From Christensenellaceae bacterium Phil7 (GTDB lineage Bacteria > Bacillota > Clostridia > Christensenellales > CAG-138): DNA of 64,000 bases. Where the stretch lies: positions 25,975 through 89,974 of the forward strand of contig MSGV01000001.1 of assembly GCA_001940845.1 (NCBI GenBank). The letters are read 5' to 3'. Below, piece by piece: positions 33,878 to 43,141 of this stretch. A program made the position numbers and the translations under genes. The notes beneath the pieces are model-generated. The model was not told the origin of the DNA. It did no database searches and saw only the letters and a list, made by a program, of their open reading frames with translations. Each line of letters begins with the position of its first letter. Position 1 is the stretch's first letter.

Positions 33878-35443
33878 ATGGCGATAGGCTCCCATTACGA
33901 CAAAGCCGCCGCTGACTATGCGGTGGGGTTTATCGAGTGCCTCTGCCACACCAAAGGCACCTGGGCGAGAAAGCCCTTTGAACTGATCGACTGGCAGGAG
34001 CAGATCATCCGTGATGTGTTCGGCACACTCAAGCCTAACGGGTATCGCCAGTTCAATACTGCGTACATTGAGATTCCCAAAAAACAGGGCAAGTCCGAAC
34101 TGGCGGCTGCTGTGGCTCTGCTCCTGACCTGCGGCGATGGCGAGGAGCGCGCCGAGGTCTATGGCTGCGCCGCAGACCGTCAGCAGGCATCCATCGTTTT
34201 CAATGTCGCAGCGGACATGGTGCGTATGTGTCCGGCTCTGGCAAAGCGGGTCAAGATACTGGATTCCCAGAAACGGCTCATTTATCAGCCAACGGGCAGT
34301 ATCTACCAGGTGCTTTCCGCTGATGTCGGTAACAAGCACGGTTTCAATACCCACGGGGTCGTTTTCGATGAGCTACACACCCAGCCCAACCGAAAACTGT
34401 TTGATGTCATGACCAAAGGCTCTGGCGATGCCCGTATGCAGCTGCTCTACTTCCTGATCACCACTGCTGGCAACGATACGAAATCCATCTGCTATGAAAT
34501 ACACCAAAAGGCAAAGGACATCATTGAGGGCCGGAAGATTGACCACACCTTTTACCCCGTTATCTATGGGGCTGATGAAAGTGATGATTGGACGGACCCC
34601 GCCACCTGGAAAAAGGCCAATCCCTCCCTGGGGATCACCGTGGGCATCGACAAGGTCAAGGATGCCTGTGAGTCTGCCAAGCAGAACCCCGGCGAAGAAA
34701 ACGCATTCCGTCAGCTTCGGCTCAACCAGTGGGTCAAGCAGGCTGTCCGCTGGATGCCGATGGAAAAATGGGACAAATGTGCCTTTGCCACTTCCGAGGA
34801 TGACCTGGAAGGTCGGGTCTGCTACGGCGGCCTTGACTTGTCATCCACAACGGATATAACAGCCTTCGTCCTGGTATTCCCGCCGGAGTATGAAGAGGAC
34901 AAGTACATCATCCTCCCGTATTTCTGGATTCCAGAGGACAACCTTGACCTGCGTGTCCGGCGCGACCATGTGCCATACGATGTCTGGGAGCGGCAAGGCT
35001 GTCTCCAGACCACGGAGGGCAATGTTGTCCACTATGGGTATATCGAGAAATTCATCGAACGCCTGGGAGAACGGTACAACATCCGGGAGATCGCATTTGA
35101 CCGCTGGGGTGCTGTCCAGATGGTGCAGAACCTTGAGGGCATGGGATTCACGGTCGTTCCCTTCGGACAGGGGTTCAAGGATATGAGTCCTCCCACAAAG
35201 GAACTGATGAAGCTGGTGCTGGAGGAGAAGATCGCCCACGGTGGGCATCCCGTCCTCCGCTGGATGATGGACAACATCTTCATCCGCACTGACCCGGCTG
35301 GCAATATCAAGCCGGACAAGGAAAAATCCACAGAGAAAATCGATGGTGCAGTCGCCACTATTATGGCTCTCGACCGTGCGATCCGCTGTGGCAATGATAC
35401 CAGTGCTTCGGTCTACGATGACCGGGGCATTTTGTTTATCTAA
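33878..35443 (+). CDS. terL: Terminase large subunit
   Basis: WQEQIIRDVFG, IEIPKKQGKSELAA (Walker A-like) and VVFDELH (Walker B), plus a C-terminal nuclease region. The start is questionable; see findings. Confidence 0.9.
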   Translation: MAIGSHYDKAAADYAVGFIECLCHTKGTWARKPFELIDWQEQIIRDVFGTLKPNGYRQFNTAYIEIPKKQGKSELAAAVALLLTCGDGEERAEVYGCAADRQQASIVFNVAADMVRMCPALAKRVKILDSQKRLIYQPTGSIYQVLSADVGNKHGFNTHGVVFDELHTQPNRKLFDVMTKGSGDARMQLLYFLITTAGNDTKSICYEIHQKAKDIIEGRKIDHTFYPVIYGADESDDWTDPATWKKANPSLGITVGIDKVKDACESAKQNPGEENAFRQLRLNQWVKQAVRWMPMEKWDKCAFATSEDDLEGRVCYGGLDLSSTTDITAFVLVFPPEYEEDKYIILPYFWIPEDNLDLRVRRDHVPYDVWERQGCLQTTEGNVVHYGYIEKFIERLGERYNIREIAFDRWGAVQMVQNLEGMGFTVVPFGQGFKDMSPPTKELMKLVLEEKIAHGGHPVLRWMMDNIFIRTDPAGNIKPDKEKSTEKIDGAVATIMALDRAIRCGNDTSASVYDDRGILFI

Positions 35444-35454
35444 AGGAGGCTTCA

Positions 35455-36234
35455 ATGGAAAAGCCAAAACTTCATGTAGTGTCCCTGTCTGGCGGTAAAG
35501 ATTCCACCGCCATGCTCCTTCGTATGCTGGAGGAGGAAATGCCTGTGGACATTATTTTATTCTGCGATACGGGTATGGAGTTTGAGGGGCTGTATCACCA
35601 TCTCGATAGGCTGGAGGCATACACCGGCAGACCGATCACCCGGCTTAAATCCCAGCAGTCCTTTGAATATCTGATGCTCCAGCATGAACCCAAACGGAGA
35701 AACCCGGAACTGTTCGGTCGGATCGGCTTCAGTTGGCCCTGCCCCAGAAACCGCTGGTGTACCGCAATGCTCAAGACTCGCATCATTGACCGCTATCTCC
35801 GGGATTTGGCAAAGGAATACACGGTCGAACAGTACATCGGGATCGCCGCAGACGAGCCACAGCGAATCCGTGAGTTCCACTACCCACTGGTGGATTGGGG
35901 CATGACCGAGGCTGACTGCCTGGCCTATTGCCGGGAGCGCGGTTTTGATTGGGATGGTCTATATGACATCTTCAGCCGGGTGTCCTGCTGGTGCTGCCCA
36001 CTCCAGTCCTACGATGAACTGCGAAAACTGAGAAAGCACTTCCCATACCTCTGGGAGCATTTGCGCTGGCTGGACAAACAGACCTGGCGCACCTATTTGA
36101 AACACTACTCCGTAGAGCAGCTCGAAACACGCTTTGCTTTTGAGGATGAACGAGTCCGTGAGGGCTTGCCCATCAAAGGCAAGGCGTTTTTTGATGCCCT
36201 GCGTGAGCGACTGAGGGAGGTAGAACAAACATGA
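35455..36234 (+). CDS. PAPS-reductase-family PP-loop protein
   Basis: VVSLSGGKDSTAML (PP-loop SGGKDS) and a C-terminal CWCCP cysteine motif. Confidence 0.8.
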   Translation: MEKPKLHVVSLSGGKDSTAMLLRMLEEEMPVDIILFCDTGMEFEGLYHHLDRLEAYTGRPITRLKSQQSFEYLMLQHEPKRRNPELFGRIGFSWPCPRNRWCTAMLKTRIIDRYLRDLAKEYTVEQYIGIAADEPQRIREFHYPLVDWGMTEADCLAYCRERGFDWDGLYDIFSRVSCWCCPLQSYDELRKLRKHFPYLWEHLRWLDKQTWRTYLKHYSVEQLETRFAFEDERVREGLPIKGKAFFDALRERLREVEQT

Positions 36235-37496
36235 GCATTTTGTCTGGATTATTCAAACCCAGGGACAAGCCCCAAAACAGAACAGCCGGAAGCACCTATT
36301 CCTTTTACATGGGTGGTACGACCTCCGGCAAAAATGTGACGGAACGATCTGCTATGCAGATGACTGCCGTCCATTCTTGTGTCCGAATTTTGGCCGAAGC
36401 GATTGCCTGCTTGCCACTGCACCTTTACCGCTATACCGAAAGCGGCGATAAAGTAAAAGCAATCGACCATCCTCTTTATCATTTGCTGCACGATGAGCCA
36501 AACCCGGAAATGACCTCGTTCAGCTTTCGGGAAACGCTGATGACCCATCTGCTCTTGTGGGGAAATGCCTACGCCCAGATCATCCGTAACGGAAAAGGCG
36601 AGGTCGTGGCACTGTATCCATTGATGCCCAACCGCATGGAGGTGGACAGAGACAGGCAAGGGCAAATCTACTACTCCTACACCATTGCATCCGAAGATGC
36701 GCCGACACTCAAAGGCTCAACGGTGTATTTGTCTCCGGCAGATGTGCTGCACATTCCGGGCTTGGGGTTCGATGGGCTGGTGGGTTACTCGCCCATTGCT
36801 ATGGCGAAGAATTCTATCGGCATGGCAATCGCCTGTGAGGAATACGGTGCCAAGTTCTTCGCCAATGGAGCCGCTCCCGGCGGTGTGCTGGAACATCCCG
36901 GTACGATCAAAGACCCCCAGCGAGTCCGGGAAAGCTGGCAGTCTACATTCGGCGGCAGCGGCAATGCCAATAAGATCGCCGTGCTGGAAGAGGGTATGAA
37001 ATACACGCCCATCGGTATTTCCCCAGAACAGGCGCAGTTTCTGGAAACCCGAAAATTCCAAATCAATGAAATCGCTCGAATTTTCCGTGTCCCACCCCAC
37101 ATGGTCGGTGACCTGGAAAAGTCGAGCTTTTCCAATATTGAGCAGCAATCCCTTGAATTTGTGAAATACACCCTCGACCCCTGGGTTATTCGGTGGGAGC
37201 AAAACCTCGCCAGGTCGCTTTTTTCTGCCGAAGAGAAGAAGGCATATTTTTTCAAATTCAATGTGGAGGGTCTGCTCCGAGGGGACTATGCCTCTCGGAT
37301 GAGTGGTTATGCAACCGCCCGCCAAAACGGCTGGATGTCTGCAAACGATATTCGTTCCCTTGAGAACCTTGACAAAATTCCCACAGAGGAAGGCGGCGAC
37401 CTCTACCTCATCAACGGCAATATGACAAAGCTGAAGGATGCAGGAATCTTCGCCGTAACACCTACAACCGAACAGGAGGAAACAACCAGTGAATAA
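36231..37496 (+). CDS. Portal protein (HK97 type)
   Basis: 421 aa in the terL-portal-protease-capsid order, with LLWGNAY and RVPPHMVG motifs. Confidence 0.88.
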   Translation: MSILSGLFKPRDKPQNRTAGSTYSFYMGGTTSGKNVTERSAMQMTAVHSCVRILAEAIACLPLHLYRYTESGDKVKAIDHPLYHLLHDEPNPEMTSFSFRETLMTHLLLWGNAYAQIIRNGKGEVVALYPLMPNRMEVDRDRQGQIYYSYTIASEDAPTLKGSTVYLSPADVLHIPGLGFDGLVGYSPIAMAKNSIGMAIACEEYGAKFFANGAAPGGVLEHPGTIKDPQRVRESWQSTFGGSGNANKIAVLEEGMKYTPIGISPEQAQFLETRKFQINEIARIFRVPPHMVGDLEKSSFSNIEQQSLEFVKYTLDPWVIRWEQNLARSLFSAEEKKAYFFKFNVEGLLRGDYASRMSGYATARQNGWMSANDIRSLENLDKIPTEEGGDLYLINGNMTKLKDAGIFAVTPTTEQEETTSE

Positions 37497-38193
37497 GTTC
37501 TGGAACTTTACCGAGGGCGATGACGGCTCGCGCACTCTTTTTCTGTGCGGCTCCATCGCTGACGAGAGTTGGTTCGATGACGATGTCACACCGAAGGCAT
37601 TTAGGGCTGACCTTTTTGCCGGGAATGGTGATGTGGTCGTTTGGATCAACTCACCGGGAGGCGACTGTGTGGCCGCAGCCCAAATCTACAATATGCTGAT
37701 GGACTACCCCGGAAATGTGACGGTCAAAATCGATGGCATTGCTGCCTCGGCTGCCTCCGTCATCGCTATGGCCGGCACGAAGGTGCTGATGTCGCCCACG
37801 GCGCTCATGATGATCCACAACCCGCTCACCGTGGCCATTGGTGACACCGCTGAGATGCAGAAAGCCATCGATATGCTCTCGGAGGTTAAGGAAAGCATCA
37901 TCAACGCCTACGAAATCAAGACTGGACTGTCCCGCGCCAAGCTGTCCCATCTTATGGATGCGGAAACCTGGATGAATGCGAATAAGGCAATCGAACTGGG
38001 CTTTGCAGACGATCTGCTATTCCAAAGCACCGAGGGATCGGCTGTTGCTGAGAACAGCTTTACTTTTAGCCGCCGTGCTGTGACCAATTCGCTACTGTCC
38101 AAAGTGAGAGGCCACCGCAACACCACCAAGCCTGAAATCACAGGCACACCCATAACTGATCTCGACAAGAGATTGGAACTCATTAAACCTTAA
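37489..38193 (+). CDS. ClpP-like head maturation protease
   Basis: INSPGGDCVAAAQIY...AASAASVIAMAG...MIHNP, the Ser-His pattern of the S14 family. Confidence 0.88.
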   Translation: MNKFWNFTEGDDGSRTLFLCGSIADESWFDDDVTPKAFRADLFAGNGDVVVWINSPGGDCVAAAQIYNMLMDYPGNVTVKIDGIAASAASVIAMAGTKVLMSPTALMMIHNPLTVAIGDTAEMQKAIDMLSEVKESIINAYEIKTGLSRAKLSHLMDAETWMNANKAIELGFADDLLFQSTEGSAVAENSFTFSRRAVTNSLLSKVRGHRNTTKPEITGTPITDLDKRLELIKP

Positions 38194-38206
38194 GGAGGAT
38201 TTTATT

Positions 38207-39418
38207 ATGAACAAAATCAACGAACTGCGTACCCAGCGGGCAAAGGCGTGGGAGGACGCAAAGGCATTCCTGGATTCCCATCGCAAAAACGGCATCCTCT
38301 GTGCAGAGGACACTGCCACCTACGAAAAAATGGAAAAGGTCATCGTTGACCTGGGCCACGAGATCGAGCGCCAGCAGCGCATGGATGCTCTGGAGCGTGA
38401 AATGAATGCGCCTGTCAGCGCCCCCATCACCGCCAAGCCTGATGTCCCCAAGACGGACACTAAGAAAGGCCGTGCAAGTGATGCCTACAAGAGTTTTTTC
38501 TGGAAGCAGATGCGCAATCAGAGCAGTGTGGAAGTCCGCAATGCTCTGAGCGAGGGCATTGACACCGAAGGCGGCTACCTGGTTCCCGACACCTTTGAGC
38601 GCAATTTGGTTCAGGCGGTCAATGACGAGATGGTCATTCGTCGGCTGGCTCATGTGATTACCACCGCCTCCGGCAGTCACAAAATCCCTGTGGTAGCTAC
38701 TCATGGCACCGCTAACTGGGTCGAAGAAGGCGGCGAGATTCCCGAAACTACGGAAACCTTTGGTCAGAAGTTCCTGGGTGCCCACAAGCTGACTGCGCTC
38801 ATCAAGGTTTCCGAAGAGCTGCTGAACGATTCTGCTTTCGATCTGGAGGACTACTTCCGTCAGGAGTTTGCCCGCCGCATCTCCACTGCCGAGGAGCTGG
38901 CATTTATCACTGGAGATGGCAATGGCAAGCCCACCGGTCTGTTTAGTGCCACCGAAGGTGGTCAGGTGGGGGTAACTGCCGCTTCTGCGACTGCCATCAC
39001 CGCAGATGAACTGATGAACCTTTACTACAGCCTTCGCTCTCCCTATCGCAAGAAGGCTGTGTGGCTGATGAACGATGCCACTGTCAACTCCATTCGCCAG
39101 CTCAAGGACAAGAACGGCCAGTATCTGTGGCAGCCCTCTCTGAAGGAAGGTGCGCCCGATATGCTGCTGGGCCGTCCTGTTTATACCTCTATCGCCGTAC
39201 CGACCATTGCGGACGGCGGCAGCGTTATGGCTTTCGGTGACCTGTCCTATTACTGGATCGGTGACCGTGAGGGCATCTCTTTCCGTCGCCTGAATGAACT
39301 GTACGCAAACAAGGGTCAGGTTGGTTTCCTGGCTACCAAGCGTGTGGATGCCAAGCTGATGTTGCCGGAGGCCATTAAGCTCCTCCAGATGAAGGGGACT
39401 ACTACCTCTGGCACTTAA
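38207..39418 (+). CDS. Major capsid protein (HK97 fold)
   Basis: 403 aa with an N-terminal coiled scaffold-like delta region followed by GGYLVP...; position follows the protease. Confidence 0.88.
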   Translation: MNKINELRTQRAKAWEDAKAFLDSHRKNGILCAEDTATYEKMEKVIVDLGHEIERQQRMDALEREMNAPVSAPITAKPDVPKTDTKKGRASDAYKSFFWKQMRNQSSVEVRNALSEGIDTEGGYLVPDTFERNLVQAVNDEMVIRRLAHVITTASGSHKIPVVATHGTANWVEEGGEIPETTETFGQKFLGAHKLTALIKVSEELLNDSAFDLEDYFRQEFARRISTAEELAFITGDGNGKPTGLFSATEGGQVGVTAASATAITADELMNLYYSLRSPYRKKAVWLMNDATVNSIRQLKDKNGQYLWQPSLKEGAPDMLLGRPVYTSIAVPTIADGGSVMAFGDLSYYWIGDREGISFRRLNELYANKGQVGFLATKRVDAKLMLPEAIKLLQMKGTTTSGT

Positions 39419-39435
39419 GGAAGGAGGCGGCGGTG

Positions 39436-39747
39436 ATGGACGAACTGCTCCAGAAGGTCAAGCAAAATCTGATCCTCGACCATGCGGCGGATGATGCTCT
39501 GCTGAAGAGTTACATCACCGCCGCGATCTCCTATGCCGAAAGCTACCAGCACATCCCGGCTGGTAGCTATGTGAATAATCCGATGCCCCCAACGACCGAG
39601 CAAGCCGTCATCATGCTGTCGTCCCACTTCTACGAGTCCAGGGACGGCAGCACGGGCGGCTTTTTTGCGGATAATGTTGCGGCATCCGGGCAAGTCTGGA
39701 CAACCGTTAACCTGCTCCTACGGCTCGACCGGGAATGGAAGGTGTGA
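39436..39747 (+). CDS. Head-tail connector (gp6-like)
   Basis: ~103 aa immediately after the capsid gene, with DDALLKSYITAAISYAE. Confidence 0.7.
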   Translation: MDELLQKVKQNLILDHAADDALLKSYITAAISYAESYQHIPAGSYVNNPMPPTTEQAVIMLSSHFYESRDGSTGGFFADNVAASGQVWTTVNLLLRLDREWKV

Positions 39748-39750
39748 CCT

Positions 39751-40095
39751 ATGAGCTTTGGAAAAATGAACACCTTTATCGATCTTCTGCGAACTGAGCA
39801 GGTCACTGACCCAGAGGGGTTCCGTACTGAGCGCGAGGTCATCCTTGCCTCAGTACGGGCTTACCGGGAAGGTCGGCACGGGAGTGAACGTTGGGCAAAC
39901 CGGGCGGCATTTACCGATGACACCGACCTTTTCCGTTTCCGTGCCATTCCCGGTCTACCGATCACCACGGATATAGTCATCGCTTGTCCGTCTGGCCGAT
40001 TCGGTATCACCTCCGTTGAGGATGTGAAAGGCCGTGGGATGTATGTTGAGGTGCTGGCAAAGGAGGTGAAGCCCAGTGGCAAAAGCAACCGTTAA
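39751..40095 (+). CDS. Head closure / head-tail adaptor protein
   Basis: 114 aa. Called on position and size, with FRFR...ITSVEDV. Confidence 0.65.
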   Translation: MSFGKMNTFIDLLRTEQVTDPEGFRTEREVILASVRAYREGRHGSERWANRAAFTDDTDLFRFRAIPGLPITTDIVIACPSGRFGITSVEDVKGRGMYVEVLAKEVKPSGKSNR

Positions 40096-40507
40096 AATGC
40101 CGGAGGATTTTCTCCTGCGTTTATCTCGCCTGGGTGACCAAACCGATGCCATCGCAGGCAAGGCTCTGGAGGCTGGCGGTGAGGTGGTGCTTTCCAAAGT
40201 GAGAGCGAACCTATCTGCCAGCGTAGGAAAAGGCACAAAATACAAGTCCCGGTCTACTGGCGAACTGGAAGGTGCGCTGGGCCTTTCGCCTGTTAAGGTG
40301 GACAAAGACGGCAACCACAACATCAAGGTCGGTTTTGCAGAACCTCGAAAGGATGGCATCAGCAATGCAAAACTGGCGACCATCCTCGAATACGGCAAGC
40401 ACGGCCAACCTCCGAAACCGTTTCTGGCTCCTGCAAAGACCGCCACCCGGTCTGCCTGCATCCAGGCAATCCAGGAGACTTTTGAGGAAGAGGTGAAGAA
40501 GTTGTGA
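40076..40507 (+). CDS. HK97 gp10-like neck protein
   Basis: ILEYGKHGQPPKPFLAPA is typical of the gp10 family. Confidence 0.7.
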   Translation: MAKATVKMPEDFLLRLSRLGDQTDAIAGKALEAGGEVVLSKVRANLSASVGKGTKYKSRSTGELEGALGLSPVKVDKDGNHNIKVGFAEPRKDGISNAKLATILEYGKHGQPPKPFLAPAKTATRSACIQAIQETFEEEVKKL

Positions 40508-40845
40508 GTCTACTATCCGAGATCACCACACTGGCAAAAAGCTGTGGGCTGACGGTCGAGACTGGTGTATTCTCTGGGGTCGCCCCTGATGAGTACCTGG
40601 TCATCACGCCGCTCTCTGACAGCTTTGACCTCCATGCCGATAATGCGCCTTTGAACGAAGTGCAATCCGCTCGGCTGTCCCTCTTCACCAAAGGCAACTA
40701 CACCAAACTGTCTGGCAAACTGACACGGTCACTTTTGGCTGGGGAGTTTGCCATCACAGACAGACGGTACATCGGTCACGAGGACGATACGGGATACCAC
40801 CACTACGCCATTGATGTGGCGAAGAACTATGAATGGGAGGAATAA
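40504..40845 (+). CDS. Tail completion / neck protein (hypothetical)
   Basis: Called on position only. Confidence 0.45.
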   Translation: MSLLSEITTLAKSCGLTVETGVFSGVAPDEYLVITPLSDSFDLHADNAPLNEVQSARLSLFTKGNYTKLSGKLTRSLLAGEFAITDRRYIGHEDDTGYHHYAIDVAKNYEWEE

Positions 40846-40847
40846 TT

Positions 40848-41447
40848 ATGGCTACGATTGGCCTTGATAAACTGTTCTATGCAAAAATCACGGAGGATGA
40901 GTCCGGCAATGAGACCTACGCCGCTCCCTCCCAACTGGCAAAGGCGATCTCTGCTGACCTTTCTGTGGAGCTGGCCGAAGCCACCCTATACGCCGATGAC
41001 GGGGCATCCGAGATCGTCAAGGAGTTCAAGTCTGGCACTCTGTCTTTGGGCGTGGATGACATCGGTCCCACTGTTGCCTCTGACCTCACCGGGTCCGAGA
41101 TCGATGCGAACGGCGTTGTGATCTCCACCAGCGAGGACGGCGGTGAGCCTGTTGCCATCGGTTTCCGTGCCAAGAAGTCCAATGGCAAGTACAAATACTT
41201 CTGGCTGTATAAGGTCAAATTCGGCATCCCCGCCACGGCTCTGGCAACGAAGGGTGACTCCATCACCTTCAATACCCCCACCATCGAGGGTACGATCCTG
41301 CGCCGCAATAAGGAGGATGCCAAAGGCAATCACCCCTGGAAGGCAGAGGCTACCGAGGGTGACCCCAAAGTGACCGCCGCCACCATTGACGGCTGGTACA
41401 AAGAAGTTTATGAACCCAGCTATGCGGCTACTGAGCCTGCGGAATAA
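40848..41447 (+). CDS. Major tail protein
   Basis: MATIGLDKLFYAKITEDESG (phi13/TP901-like N-terminus). Sits before the chaperone genes. Confidence 0.75.
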   Translation: MATIGLDKLFYAKITEDESGNETYAAPSQLAKAISADLSVELAEATLYADDGASEIVKEFKSGTLSLGVDDIGPTVASDLTGSEIDANGVVISTSEDGGEPVAIGFRAKKSNGKYKYFWLYKVKFGIPATALATKGDSITFNTPTIEGTILRRNKEDAKGNHPWKAEATEGDPKVTAATIDGWYKEVYEPSYAATEPAE

Positions 41448-41460
41448 GGAGGGCTGACAC

Positions 41461-41844
41461 ATGGATAAAGAACAAAGCGCAAACATCAAGGTGGGCGGCG
41501 AGGAATACACGCTCCTGCTCACCACCAAAGCCACTCGTGAGATCGCCGGCCGATACGGCGGTCTGGAGAACCTGGGCGACAAGCTCATGAAAAGTGAGAA
41601 CTTCGAGATGGCAATCGGTGAGATCGTGTGGCTTATCACGCTCCTCGCCAACCAGTCCATCCTCATCCACAATCTGAAACACAAGGATGCACCCAGAGAC
41701 CTGCTGACCGAGGAAATGGTGGAACTGCTCACTACACCCCTGGATCTGGCCGGCTACAAAGCCGCCATCACCGAGGCTCTCTACAAGGGTACCAAGCGCA
41801 ACATTGAAAGTGAGGCAGACCCAAAAAACGCGGCGGTCGAGTAA
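41461..41844 (+). CDS. Tail assembly chaperone (G)
   Basis: Lies between the major tail and tape measure genes. The slippery A_AAA_AAC is at 41823-41829. Confidence 0.75.
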   Translation: MDKEQSANIKVGGEEYTLLLTTKATREIAGRYGGLENLGDKLMKSENFEMAIGEIVWLITLLANQSILIHNLKHKDAPRDLLTEEMVELLTTPLDLAGYKAAITEALYKGTKRNIESEADPKNAAVE

Positions 41845-42032
41845 GTGACGAGGAGTTATTTACTCGACTTCTTTATTACGGCATTGCCCACCTCCATCTG
41901 AGCATGGATGAGGTGTGGCTGATGCCGTTTGGTCTGTTGCTCGACCTCTGGGAATGCCACAAGCAGTGGAATGGTCAGGCGAAACCCAAGCGTGAACACT
42001 ACATCGATGACATTCTCCCGGATGGGATTTAA
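41461..42032 (+). CDS. Tail assembly chaperone G-T fusion via -1 frameshift
   Basis: The -1 frame is open from the slip site to TAA 42030-42032 and encodes ...RVSDEELFTRLLYYGIAHLHLSMDEVWLMPFGLLLDLWECHKQWNG.... It has no start codon or SD of its own. Confidence 0.65.
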
Positions 42033-42046
42033 GGAGGTGAAACGGC

Positions 42047-43096
42047 ATGGCTGATAATTTTGGCCTGAAATTGGGGATTGAGGGTGAAAAGGAATTCAAG
42101 AAGGCCCTGGGGGACATCAACCAGTCCTTTAAGGTCTTAGGCTCCGAAATGAAGCTGGTAGCCTCTCAGTTTGACAAAAACGACCAGTCTGCCCAGGCTC
42201 TCACTGCCCGGAATACGGTGCTGACCAAAGAGATCGATGCCCAAAAGCAGAAGATCGAAATGCTCCGTGCCGCTCTTCAAAACGCCTCTGAGTCCTTCGG
42301 TGAGAATGATCGGCGTACCCAATCATGGCAGGTACAGCTAAATAATGCCGAGGCCGCTCTGAATGACATGGAGCGAGAGCTTCAACAGAACAACGATGCC
42401 TTGGATAAAGCCTCCGATGAATTTGATGATGCCGAAAAACAGGCAGATGATTTCGGAGATGAGGTTGAGGATGCGGGAAAGCAGAGCGAGGATGCCGGAA
42501 GTAAATTTGAAAAGCTGGGCGGCATCTGTAAAGCGGTTGGCGTTGCCATTGCCGCATCGTTCGCCGCTGTTTCCGCTGCCGCTGTCGCCGCAGGAAAAGC
42601 CCTGGTGGATATGGCAGTGGAAGGTGCGGCCTATGCCGACACTGTTCTAACGGAATCCACAGTCACGGGTATTGCTACGGATAAGCTCCAGGAGTATATG
42701 TATGCCGCAGAGTTGGTGGATGTTTCTACGGAAACTCTCACCAAATCTATGGCGAAGCAAATCAAATCCATGAAATCGGTGCAGGATGGCTCCAAAACAA
42801 TGGTAGCTACCTATGATGCGCTGGGGGTATCTGTTACCGATGCAAATGGTAATCTGCGCGACAGCGACACCGTGTACTGGGAACTGATCGATGCTCTGGG
42901 CAGCGTAGAAAACGAAACCGAGCGAGATGCGCTTGCCATGCAGGTGCTTGGCAAATCTGCCCAAGAACTGAACCCTCTGATCGAGGCTGGCGCTGGCCGT
43001 ATGAAAGAATTGGGCGACCAGGCACGAGAAGCTGGTTATGTAGTTTCCGATGAGATGCTTGCCGCCTATGGCGCACTGGACGATAATCTCCAATAA
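42047..43096 (+). CDS. Tape measure protein, N-terminal part (ends at in-frame TAA)
   Basis: Coiled-coil N-terminus, a hydrophobic segment and TMP-like motifs. The stop at 43094-43096 is in frame with the next ORF. Confidence 0.8.
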   Translation: MADNFGLKLGIEGEKEFKKALGDINQSFKVLGSEMKLVASQFDKNDQSAQALTARNTVLTKEIDAQKQKIEMLRAALQNASESFGENDRRTQSWQVQLNNAEAALNDMERELQQNNDALDKASDEFDDAEKQADDFGDEVEDAGKQSEDAGSKFEKLGGICKAVGVAIAASFAAVSAAAVAAGKALVDMAVEGAAYADTVLTESTVTGIATDKLQEYMYAAELVDVSTETLTKSMAKQIKSMKSVQDGSKTMVATYDALGVSVTDANGNLRDSDTVYWELIDALGSVENETERDALAMQVLGKSAQELNPLIEAGAGRMKELGDQAREAGYVVSDEMLAAYGALDDNLQ

Positions 43097-43141
43097 CTCA
43101 AAGTCAATGCCCAGGGCGCAAAAAATGCCCTGGGTACAGTT

